Source: Candidatus Iainarchaeum sp.
Lineage (GTDB): Archaea; Iainarchaeota; Iainarchaeia; Iainarchaeales; Iainarchaeaceae
Direction: 5' to 3'
Assembly (NCBI GenBank): GCA_038895675.1
Contig: JAWANB010000004.1
Span: 2,018-27,523, forward strand
DNA: 25,506 bases
Within the stretch, counting starts at the first letter, position 1. Each line of letters opens with the position of its first letter. Under the pieces are notes generated by a model, which saw only the letters and a program-made list of their open reading frames with translations, ran no database searches and had not been told where the DNA came from. Of the stretch, positions 9,906 to 17,713 are shown one piece after another. The translations under genes and the position numbers were made by a program.

Positions 9906-10910
9906 ATGAAAAAAAGCGTTTTGAGAATAATGCAAGAAATATATAGAAAAATAATAATAATTTTAGTTTTGTTTTTTAGTATTTTAATTTGGGGATCTTT
10001 AATAGGTTTTGCTGGAGTTTTGGATGTTGACTGGCTTAGTACTCAACAAGCCTCTAAAAGTTGGCAATTATTTTTTTCTCCTCTCATGATAGGATTTTAT
10101 TTGTTTTTTCCAATAACTTTTGGCATTATTTCTGGCTTATCTCACTCGACACCAAAAAATGAACTTTATATAATAAGTATTCTCGGCAGTGCTTTAGGGA
10201 TAATAAGTTTTTTCGTAATGTTTGGATGGAGTTCTTTAACTTTAGTTTTTGGAGCTTTGGTTTTTATTGCCGTGCTTTTGACTATTGAAACAAGTTATTT
10301 GTTCAGCAAAGAAATGAAGAGCTTTGTGGCTTTTAGAACCGCGTCTAACGCCTCAAACTTGGGCTTTATTGCAATAGCTTTAGGCTTAATGTTTTTCTTT
10401 GTAGTTAGTGGAATACCAAAAAATGAAGTTTATGCTAATGAAGTATTTGAAAAACTTGTTGTTGAAACAACAAATTCGATGCTTGGAAAAATTGATTTAG
10501 CTGAAGCAGAGGCTGAAAAGGTTATTGAGATACAAAAACTTACTTTGCTGAATGTAATGGGTAGCAATACTTACAAAGCTTTAGAAAATAAGCAGGATAA
10601 AGAAGTGCAAGCGTTTGTTACTTCAATGAATCAAACAATGTTAAATTTGTCAGACCCAAAAACAAAGCAAAGGCTTGTTTCTGAAATAAAGAAAAACAAC
10701 GAATTAATAAAAACCAATTTAAGCGTGGATAACATTAAGACCGCTAGCCCTTTGGTTAAAATGCTATTCGACTTTTATGTTATTATAGCGGCATTTTCAA
10801 TTGCTTCCTTTGTATTAGCTTATTTTACAATAGTTGGCAGAAATTTAGCTGGTTTTTATGGAACAATAACAAAAACTTTGTTTGAGGCTTTATTAAAACA
10901 AAAAAATTGA
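9906..10910 (+). CDS. Hypothetical membrane protein (about 5 N-terminal TM, helical soluble loop, 1 C-terminal TM)
   Basis: 334-aa ORF with a clear hydropathy pattern; no motif recognised. Confidence 0.75.
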   Translation: MKKSVLRIMQEIYRKIIIILVLFFSILIWGSLIGFAGVLDVDWLSTQQASKSWQLFFSPLMIGFYLFFPITFGIISGLSHSTPKNELYIISILGSALGIISFFVMFGWSSLTLVFGALVFIAVLLTIETSYLFSKEMKSFVAFRTASNASNLGFIAIALGLMFFFVVSGIPKNEVYANEVFEKLVVETTNSMLGKIDLAEAEAEKVIEIQKLTLLNVMGSNTYKALENKQDKEVQAFVTSMNQTMLNLSDPKTKQRLVSEIKKNNELIKTNLSVDNIKTASPLVKMLFDFYVIIAAFSIASFVLAYFTIVGRNLAGFYGTITKTLFEALLKQKN

Positions 10911-10930
10911 CACTAAAAAATCAAGCAAAA

Positions 10931-12250
10931 TCAAGTTTTTTGTAGTTTTAGGATGCTTTTCCTCGGAATCGCAACAAAATTAATATAAAAAAAAGCAAAA
11001 ACTAAAATTATGTCGTTTTTTGTAAGCGGCATTAATATGTCTAATATTCTAGTCAAGTTTCTGTTTTTTACTGAGGTAAAATAATTTGCAATGGGTTGAA
11101 TACAATTAGAAACTAATGAATAGTCAAATACTAAAGGCTTGCCGTTTAGAATAGGTTTGCCAGATAAAATTAAAATGTTGTCTTGTTGAAAATCATCATT
11201 CATGAATATGGATTCTTTAATTATTTTTCCTATCATTTTCATATCATTACTATTTGAAGATTTGTCTTGACTTTTACCAAACAACACGACATATTTACCT
11301 TTATCTTCAGCAGAACTACCTTTTGGTCGTATTTTAATAATATTACCATCAAGGTTTAGAATAAGAATCCATGGCTTGGCAAATATTTTATACTTGCCAA
11401 AATTTTGGAACTTTGAATTATTTTCAATAGTTGCTTTGTCAAGAAACTCATGCCAAATTGTAGTTATTCCAAACGCAATTTTGTACGGCAATAACTCTCT
11501 TGACATATCAAGGTTTTCTATATTAGGATGAGCCTGAATAAAAGACTTTAATTCAAGTTATTTTTGTTTTTCTTTTTCCCATTTTGGTAGTATTTTAACT
11601 TCAACACTACGAATCTTAACTAAAGTGCCATAATAAAGAACTAATAAAAGAAAAATAATTAAACACACTGTTAAAAAAGCAACAATTATGGTTGAAAAGT
11701 AAAGTAAAACACCAAAAATAAATAACAGAAAATTAAGATTAGAAGGAATTATCATAGAAAGACCAAAAAATAGCAAGCTCGCAACAACAATAACAAAATA
11801 AGCTTTCAATATTGGTGATTGGGATAGGTAGTGAGGTAATTTTTGATACAAAAATTGCTTTGTGCCATATCTATTTTTAGATAAAAAAATCGAAAGTAAT
11901 AGGACCTTCAAAATAATAATATTCAGCAAACCCAAGCCTAACTGCATCAAGTTTTGCAAAAGCGATGATTGTGTTATAATCTATAAATTTGTCTAAGCCT
12001 TTTTTGTAATTGTTTATTATTTCTCCACTAAAAAGTTCTCTTATAAGTTCATTTTCATAATTTAGGAGGTTTTCTCCATGTTTTACAAAAAAAAAACTTT
12101 TCCATCATGATAACCAATATAGCCTCTTTGAATAAGATCAACAATAGTTGCTATTACTTCTTGATATTCTATTTTTTCGTCTACAAAAAAGCCGGCAAAA
12201 GCTGGCCTAAGACTAGATAAAAATTCATTATTTATTTTATAAAATAACAT
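10931..12250 (-). pseudogene. DUF2207-like membrane protein gene disrupted by two homopolymer frameshifts and one in-frame stop
   Basis: Manual translation from ATG 12250: LRPAFAGFFVDEKIEYQEVIATIVDLIQRGYI; shift at A10 (12087-12096); ENLLNYENELIRELFSG; shift at A7 (11883-11889); TM hairpin; KEKQK*LELKSF (TAA 11558-11560); ELLPYKIAFGITTIW. The motifs occur in the order expected for DUF2207. Confidence 0.78.
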
Positions 12251-12327
12251 AATTTATATTTAAAAACAAGCTGAAAAAGAATTCTCTGTAGAAAGTAAAA
12301 TAAAGTAGAAAGTCATAGTAAGAATAG

Positions 12328-12744
12328 ATGCAGAATCATAAAAAACATCATAAAAAATTTTTAGAGCACAAGGAAAGAAGTAAGTATCATGAAGAAAGAG
12401 CTGAAATTAGGGAAAGGGCGTCTGAAAAAAGTTTCTTTTTGAAGCCTTTGCATAAGATAATATCAAAGTTTCATAGGCATAGAGCAAAAAGGCACGTTTC
12501 TATTGCGTTAAAACATGCTAAAAAGCATGCTGAAGCAATTCAAAAAAAGTATGAAAGTTTATTGAAAAAGTTTCATGAAAGGGAAATAAGGAGAAGAGGT
12601 TTTAGAGAAAAAATTGCAGCGTTGAATAGTTCGATAGAACAAATTTTGAGAAAAAGCCATGAACATGAAAAACACGAAAAGAAAGGAAAAACCAAAAAAC
12701 TCAAGAAAAAAGTTAAACGGAAAAGGTCTCGCCAAAAAAGATAG
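12328..12744 (+). CDS. Hypothetical highly basic His/Lys/Arg-rich helical protein
   Basis: 138-aa ORF; hand count about 15 His, 32 Lys and 17 Arg; no Asp, Cys or Trp; poly-basic tail. Confidence 0.7.
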   Translation: MQNHKKHHKKFLEHKERSKYHEERAEIRERASEKSFFLKPLHKIISKFHRHRAKRHVSIALKHAKKHAEAIQKKYESLLKKFHEREIRRRGFREKIAALNSSIEQILRKSHEHEKHEKKGKTKKLKKKVKRKRSRQKR

Positions 12745-12745
12745 T
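12735..12745. repeat. 11-bp direct repeat AAAAAGATAGT, left copy flanking the SRP RNA gene
   Basis: Identical to 13018-13028. Confidence 0.8.
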
Positions 12746-13019
12746 TGCGGGCTCGCCTTTGCATGGCATGCATTACCATGAGCACGTTTTTCCTTTTCCA
12801 TTCCTCGCTTCCGTTTACCTATGAGCACCAACTGAGTCAGTTACCGTTGCTCCCTTCCGGGCCTGGCGGGGTTGGCTGAAACAATCGGCCTTATAGGGCG
12901 AAAGTTCATAGTACTGGAAAGGCATGCTCATGACAATACATTCTCTGCAAAAGCTTCGCACCCAGCTATAGCGGGTTGCTGGTTACAGGGTACCGCTAAC
13001 TCCCCATGCTAGCCCGCAA
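12745..13019 (-). ncRNA. ffs: Archaeal signal recognition particle (7S/SRP) RNA
   Basis: The minus strand carries the helix-8 signature CCGCCAGGCCCGGAAGGGAGCAACGG, an Alu-like domain with CCCUGUAACC, terminal helix UUGCGGGCU/AGCCCGCAA, and a long helix 5 (UGUAUUGUCAUGAGCAUG/CGUGCUCAUGGUAAUGCA). Confidence 0.95.
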
Positions 13020-13028
13020 AAAGATAGT
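13018..13028. repeat. 11-bp direct repeat AAAAAGATAGT, right copy flanking the SRP RNA gene
   Basis: Identical to 12735-12745. Confidence 0.8.
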
Positions 13029-13039
13029 GCAAGAACAAG

Positions 13040-13048
13040 TATTTAAAA
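13040..13048. promoter_or_regulatory. Putative bidirectional TATA box (SRP RNA / helicase)
   Basis: TATTTAAAA with palindromic core TTTAAA centred about 25 nt from both the SRP RNA 5' end and the helicase ATG. Confidence 0.55.
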
Positions 13049-13069
13049 CCATCAAAGCCCTATTGTTCT

Positions 13070-14227
13070 ATGAAATTAGAAAAGTTTGGTTTAGATTATG
13101 AAATTTTAAAAGCTATTAAAGAGTTAGGTTTTGATGAATTTACGGAAATTCAAGAAAAAGCTTTGCCCAAAGCATTGCATGGTTTTGATTTGGTCGTTCA
13201 GTCAAAGACAGGCTCTGGCAAGACTGCTATTTTTGGTTTGTGTATAGTGCAAAAAGTCAAAGCTGAAAAAAAGATACAAGCCCTAATAATTGCGCCTACT
13301 CGAGAACTTTGCTTGCAAATATCTAAAATGTTGAAAGACTTTGCGAAGTTCAAAAAAATTAGAATAGTCGAAATTATTGGAGGAGAAAGTATTTTAGTAC
13401 AAGAAAGAGAGTTAAAAGAAGCCCAAATAGTGGTTGCAACTCCTGGAAGGCTTCTTGACTTAATAAGAAATTCTAAAATAAATTTTAACGGATTAAGATT
13501 TTTGGTAATAGATGAAATAGATAGAATGGTTGACCTTGGTTTTATTGATGATATAGAAAAAATAATTGCAAAACTTCCGACAAGACAAACCATTGTTTTG
13601 AGTGCGACTTTGAGCAAAGATGTTAAGAAGTTTATTGAAAAGCATGTGAAAAAAGCGTTGTATGTTTATGGTGAAAAAAGTGTAGAGGAAAAATTTTTGA
13701 AGCAAATTTATTATGAGGTTGAAAGAAAAGATAAGTTTTCTCTTTTAGTTTTTTTGCTAAAAAAGAATTACGATGGTTTGTCTTTGGTTTTTTGCAAAAA
13801 AAGGCAAGAAACAGACTTAGTTGCCAAAAATTTAAGGAAAAATGGTTTTGACGCAATAGCTTTGCATGGTGGCTTGAAACATAAAAAAAGGCTAAGTAAT
13901 ATACATGATGTGATAAATCAAAAAGTTGATGTTGTTGTAGCTACTGACTTGGCTGCAAGAGGACTTGATTTGAAAGGTATAAAGTATGTTTATAATTATG
14001 ATTTGCCTGAAGCGAAAGAAGATTATATTCATAGGGTAGGGAGAACTGCAAGAATAGGTAAAGAAGGAGTAGCTATAACTTTTTTAGTGCCTGAAGAAAA
14101 ATCAAGGCTAAAAAAAATAGTTGAAGAATATAACATTAAAATTCAACAAGAAAAAATTCCTAATTTTCCGTACGTGCCTTTTCATGTAAAATTAAAAAGA
14201 AAATACATGTCAACAAAAAAGAAGTAA
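13070..14227 (+). CDS. DEAD/DEAH-box RNA helicase (core-only, short basic tail)
   Basis: Q motif (GF..FTEIQ), SKTGSGKT, PTREL, TPGRLLD, DEID, SAT, ARGLD, YIHRVGRTAR. Confidence 0.95.
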   Translation: MKLEKFGLDYEILKAIKELGFDEFTEIQEKALPKALHGFDLVVQSKTGSGKTAIFGLCIVQKVKAEKKIQALIIAPTRELCLQISKMLKDFAKFKKIRIVEIIGGESILVQERELKEAQIVVATPGRLLDLIRNSKINFNGLRFLVIDEIDRMVDLGFIDDIEKIIAKLPTRQTIVLSATLSKDVKKFIEKHVKKALYVYGEKSVEEKFLKQIYYEVERKDKFSLLVFLLKKNYDGLSLVFCKKRQETDLVAKNLRKNGFDAIALHGGLKHKKRLSNIHDVINQKVDVVVATDLAARGLDLKGIKYVYNYDLPEAKEDYIHRVGRTARIGKEGVAITFLVPEEKSRLKKIVEEYNIKIQQEKIPNFPYVPFHVKLKRKYMSTKKK

Positions 14228-14315
14228 AAGCAAGCAAAAAAAAACGACTGAAAAAGACCTTAAAAAAGACTTTTCTGCAAAAGTGGCAAAATGAAAAACT
14301 AAAAAGTTCCAAAAA

Positions 14316-14804
14316 TTAATTTTTGGCTCGGTTTTCTTTTATTTTTCTTATAGTATTGTCTAAGGCAAGCCTTAACTCTGAAATTTTTTTTATGTCTTTT
14401 AATTCTTTTTTCGAATGCTTGTTCAAAATTATTTTAGTGCCATTTGATTCTAAAAGAATAAACTCTGAAATTTCTGGTTGAGATTTATAATAGACAAACA
14501 ATTTTTTCTTGTAAGATTTTAATTTTGAAATTAGTTTTAAAAAATTTGAAGAAAAAACTTTTTTTGGGTTAATAACAAAATAACTGACTGGAAAAAAATC
14601 CGATTTTGCAACAAGTCCTTTTTGCATCAAGGATTTAAGAGAAGAAAAAACTGTGGCTCTTGAAAGAGTTGTTTCTGCAATTATTCTTTCTGAAGTTTTT
14701 TTTACTTCATCTAATAAACAACAATATACTTGGGCTTCACTGAATTTTAGGTCTGGAAAAAAATGTCGGTATGCATCAAAAATTATTTTTGCGCATTCAT
14801 CCAT
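14316..14804 (-). CDS. TrmB-like winged-HTH transcriptional regulator
   Basis: L..SEAQVY..LL...T...I...T.LSR.TV...LK.L..KGLV.....P..Y...NP pattern of the TrmB N-terminal domain. Confidence 0.75.
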   Translation of the reverse strand: MDECAKIIFDAYRHFFPDLKFSEAQVYCCLLDEVKKTSERIIAETTLSRATVFSSLKSLMQKGLVAKSDFFPVSYFVINPKKVFSSNFLKLISKLKSYKKKLFVYYKSQPEISEFILLESNGTKIILNKHSKKELKDIKKISELRLALDNTIRKIKENRAKN

Positions 14805-14924
14805 GATTAAATGTCTAAGTCGTGATTCTTATTTTTCAAGTTTAAATCGAATGAACTCAAAAGTTGATTTTAGAGGAAGTTTATAAAACTTTATTAAAAA
14901 CTATTATCTAAGGTTTTATTTTGA

Positions 14925-14997
14925 GCCTCGGTAGCTCAGCAGGTAGAGCGTCCGGCTGTTAACCGGAAGGTCGGTGGTTCAAATCCACCCTGAGGCG
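14925..14997 (+). tRNA. tRNA-Asn(GTT)
   Basis: Cloverleaf: acceptor GCCTCGG/CTGAGGC, anticodon arm TCCGG-CTGTTAA-CCGGA, T-loop TTCAAAT. No intron; CCA not encoded. Confidence 0.97.
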
Positions 14998-15325
14998 CTA
15001 ACCTAATTTTTTGATTTTTAGTATTGAAAATAATCGTTAAAAAACGAAAAAAATATTAACAAAAAACTATAAATTAATTGTTTTTTAAGAAAAAAAGGTA
15101 AAACTACACTTATTTTTGAAAACAAAGATATGTTAATGGATTTTTTCATAAATATTTGAAAAAAATATTAAATATACATAAAAATGCATGTTTTTTTAGT
15201 ATTCTGAATAAAAAAGTGTTAATATTGCTCGGATTCTATAACAAAACGCATATAAAGGAGTTTAGCATCATATTAAACAAGAATCATGGCTTTTTTTTAA
15301 GCATGAATTCGTTTCTAAAAAACTT

Positions 15326-15332
15326 GAGGTGA
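15326..15332 (+). promoter_or_regulatory. Shine-Dalgarno site for ftsZ
   Basis: GAGGTGA 7 nt upstream of ATG 15340. Confidence 0.75.
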
Positions 15333-15339
15333 ACCACGT

Positions 15340-16404
15340 ATGAAATCTGTTGTTGATGCTGCTATTGCTACCTCTTCTGAAAAGAAAGAGGAAAAGATAG
15401 AGGAGTTTGGGACTCCTAAAATAATGGTAATTGGTGCTGGAGGCGCAGGTTGTAATGCCGTTAATAGACTTGCTGGCATGGGTATTTCTGGCGCTCAGCT
15501 TGTTGCCATAAACACTGACAAACAACATTTAGCAATGATCAATGATGAAATAACAAAAATTTTGATTGGAAAGTCAGTGACAAGGGGCTTGGGTGCTGGA
15601 GGCTATCCTGAAATTGGTGCGAAGGCTGCTGAAGTTTCAAGGGCTGCGCTTGAAGAAGTGCTTGAAGGCGTTGACATGCTATTTATTTCTTGCGGAATGG
15701 GCGGTGGAACCGGAACTGGAGCAGCGCCAATAGTTGCTCAAATAGCCAAAGAACAAGGAGCTATTGTCATAGCAATGGTCACTTATCCTTTTGCTCTTGA
15801 AAGAGCAAGAATGATAAAGGCTGAAGAGGGCCTCGAGGCTTTGAAAGCTGTCACTGATACGGTAATAGTTATTGATAACAACAGGTTAGTGCAATTAGTC
15901 CCTAACTTGCCAATACAAGATGCTTTCAAAGTTGCTGATGAAGTAATAGCAAGAACTGTTAGAGGAATAACGGAGACAATAACTCAACCTTCTCTCATAA
16001 ACCTTGACTATGCTGACGTTAGATCAATAATGAGTAATAAAGGTCTTTCAGTAATAGCTGTTGGAGAATCAAAAGGTGTTGATAGAGTGAATGAAGTGGT
16101 TGCTGATGCTCTAAACAATACTTTACTTGACGTAGATATTGGTGGGGCAACAGGAGCTTTAATTCACATAACCGGTGGCGCTGAATTGACTCTTGGAGAG
16201 GCAAACCAAATAGGAGAACTCTTGACAGAAAGAATTGATCCGAGGGCAACTGTTATTTGGGGTGCAAGAGTTGACCCTACTTTTGAAAATAAAATAGAAG
16301 TAATTTGCATATTCACTGGAGTTCATAGCCCTTACATAAAGTCAGGCAAAGATTCCAAGACAAAAACAGTAAGTAGAAGAGACATTGACTTGGATTACTT
16401 GTAA
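15340..16404 (+). CDS. ftsZ: Cell division protein FtsZ (archaeal FtsZ2-like)
   Basis: GAGGAGCN, GMGGGTGTG tubulin signature, INLDYAD T7 loop. FG.P.I, NTDKQHL and PF..ERAR resemble the FtsZ2 clade. Confidence 0.97.
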   Translation: MKSVVDAAIATSSEKKEEKIEEFGTPKIMVIGAGGAGCNAVNRLAGMGISGAQLVAINTDKQHLAMINDEITKILIGKSVTRGLGAGGYPEIGAKAAEVSRAALEEVLEGVDMLFISCGMGGGTGTGAAPIVAQIAKEQGAIVIAMVTYPFALERARMIKAEEGLEALKAVTDTVIVIDNNRLVQLVPNLPIQDAFKVADEVIARTVRGITETITQPSLINLDYADVRSIMSNKGLSVIAVGESKGVDRVNEVVADALNNTLLDVDIGGATGALIHITGGAELTLGEANQIGELLTERIDPRATVIWGARVDPTFENKIEVICIFTGVHSPYIKSGKDSKTKTVSRRDIDLDYL

Positions 16405-16411
16405 AATTAAC

Positions 16412-16461
16412 TGGTGGCGAAAGCCACCAAATTAACTATTTTTTAATTTGTCTTTTTATTT
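16412..16461. terminator. GC hairpin with GAAA tetraloop plus T-rich tract between convergent ftsZ and pan
   Basis: TGGTGGC-GAAA-GCCACCA followed by T-runs on the + strand. Confidence 0.6.
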
Positions 16462-16478
16462 TTGTAAAAGTAAAAATT

Positions 16479-17660
16479 TCAGGCAAACATTCTTTGGTGT
16501 GGCAAATCCTTTTGGCTTTTTTTAGTCAACTTGTTTATTGCTTCTATAAACTCTTTCATGGTTATTTTTTCTTTGTTGTTTCTCATAGCAAATAAACCTG
16601 CTTCTGTGCAAATACCTTTTATTTCAGCCCCTGTAAAACCTTCTGTGAGTTCTGCCAATTCTTTCAAATTTACGTTCTTGTCTATTGTCATTTTTTTTGT
16701 ATGTATTTCAAATATTTTTTGTCTTCCTTTTTCATCTGGCAAAGGCACTTCTATTATCTTGTCAAAACGCCCAGGTCTTAGTAATGCATTATCCAACATG
16801 TCTATCCTGTTAGTGGCCGCCATTATTTTTACGCCTTCAACTTTATGAAAACCATCCATTTCTGAAAGCAATTGCATCATAGTTCTTTGAACTTCTCTAT
16901 CTCCATTTATTGAAGCAAACCTATGAGAGGCAACAGCGTCTATTTCATCTATGAATATTATTGAAGGCTTTTTCTCTTTCGCTAACCTGAAAAGGTCCTT
17001 AACTAACTTTGAGCCTTCGCCAATGTATTTTTTAACCAGGTCCGAACCTGAAAGAGAAATGAATGTTGATTTTGTAGCATTTGCCACTGCTTTTGCCAAC
17101 ATTGTTTTTCCAGTTCCAGGAAGTCCGAATAACAAAACACCATTAGGCGCTTCTATTCCTAATTTCTTAAACTTCTCAGGAGACTTTAGTGGCAATATTA
17201 TTGCTTCGTTTAGTTCTTGCTGTATTGCATCTAAACCGCCAATATCATTGAATGTTATTTCTGGCTTTTCTATTATTTCCATCGCATTTACTCGCCAATC
17301 TCTATTTTCTGGAAAAACTTCAGTAATAACCAAAGTCCTTTGGTTCATTGCTACTCTTTTACCTGCCTCTAATTCTTTCTCAAGTTGAGGCAAAGCAGTT
17401 ACCAAAAAATCCATGCCGTTGCTATTCCTAACTATTGCTCTTTTATCATCCAAAACGTCAGTTATAGTGCCTACTATAAGAGGTGGTGTCTTCAAATCCA
17501 TTAATTCTCTTTTTGTTCTTTCTAAATCTAGTTGAAGTTGAGTTAACCTTGCAGCAGTAATTTGTCTTTCAGTCTGTAAATCTCTTAACCTTTCTTCCAA
17601 CTCAAACACATAATCAAAGTCTTTGTTTTGAGACTTCTTTATTTCATTACTTTCAGGCAT
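16479..17660 (-). CDS. pan: Proteasome-activating nucleotidase (AAA+ ATPase)
   Basis: N-terminal coiled coil, PPLIVG OB domain, Walker A GLPGTGKT, pore loop KYIGEG, Walker B IIFIDE, REVQRTMMQLL, ALLRPGRFD, C-terminal MFA (HbYX-like). ATG 17660 preferred. Confidence 0.96.
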   Translation of the reverse strand: MPESNEIKKSQNKDFDYVFELEERLRDLQTERQITAARLTQLQLDLERTKRELMDLKTPPLIVGTITDVLDDKRAIVRNSNGMDFLVTALPQLEKELEAGKRVAMNQRTLVITEVFPENRDWRVNAMEIIEKPEITFNDIGGLDAIQQELNEAIILPLKSPEKFKKLGIEAPNGVLLFGLPGTGKTMLAKAVANATKSTFISLSGSDLVKKYIGEGSKLVKDLFRLAKEKKPSIIFIDEIDAVASHRFASINGDREVQRTMMQLLSEMDGFHKVEGVKIMAATNRIDMLDNALLRPGRFDKIIEVPLPDEKGRQKIFEIHTKKMTIDKNVNLKELAELTEGFTGAEIKGICTEAGLFAMRNNKEKITMKEFIEAINKLTKKSQKDLPHQRMFA

Positions 17661-17680
17661 GAAATAAAATTCTGAGGATT

Positions 17681-17689
17681 TATTTAAAA
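17681..17689. promoter_or_regulatory. Putative bidirectional TATA box (pan / M50 protease)
   Basis: TATTTAAAA centred about 25 nt from the pan ATG and about 28 nt from GTG 17714. Confidence 0.5.
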
Positions 17690-17713
17690 ACAAAACCTTG
17701 CCAAATGAATTGA

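Noticed and set aside
11558..11560. Stop-codon reassignment or programmed readthrough of TAA
   Set aside because: TAA ends many intact genes here (e.g. ftsZ, the helicase), and the same gene also carries two frameshifts, so decay is simpler.
12559..12831. Minus-strand ORFs of 90 and 70 aa
   Set aside because: They overlap the SRP RNA and the basic ORF and show no recognisable protein features.
14316..15340. Integrated element at tRNA-Asn (regulator beside a tRNA, AT-rich flank)
   Set aside because: No integrase and no duplicated tRNA 3' end (att site) seen for either tRNA.
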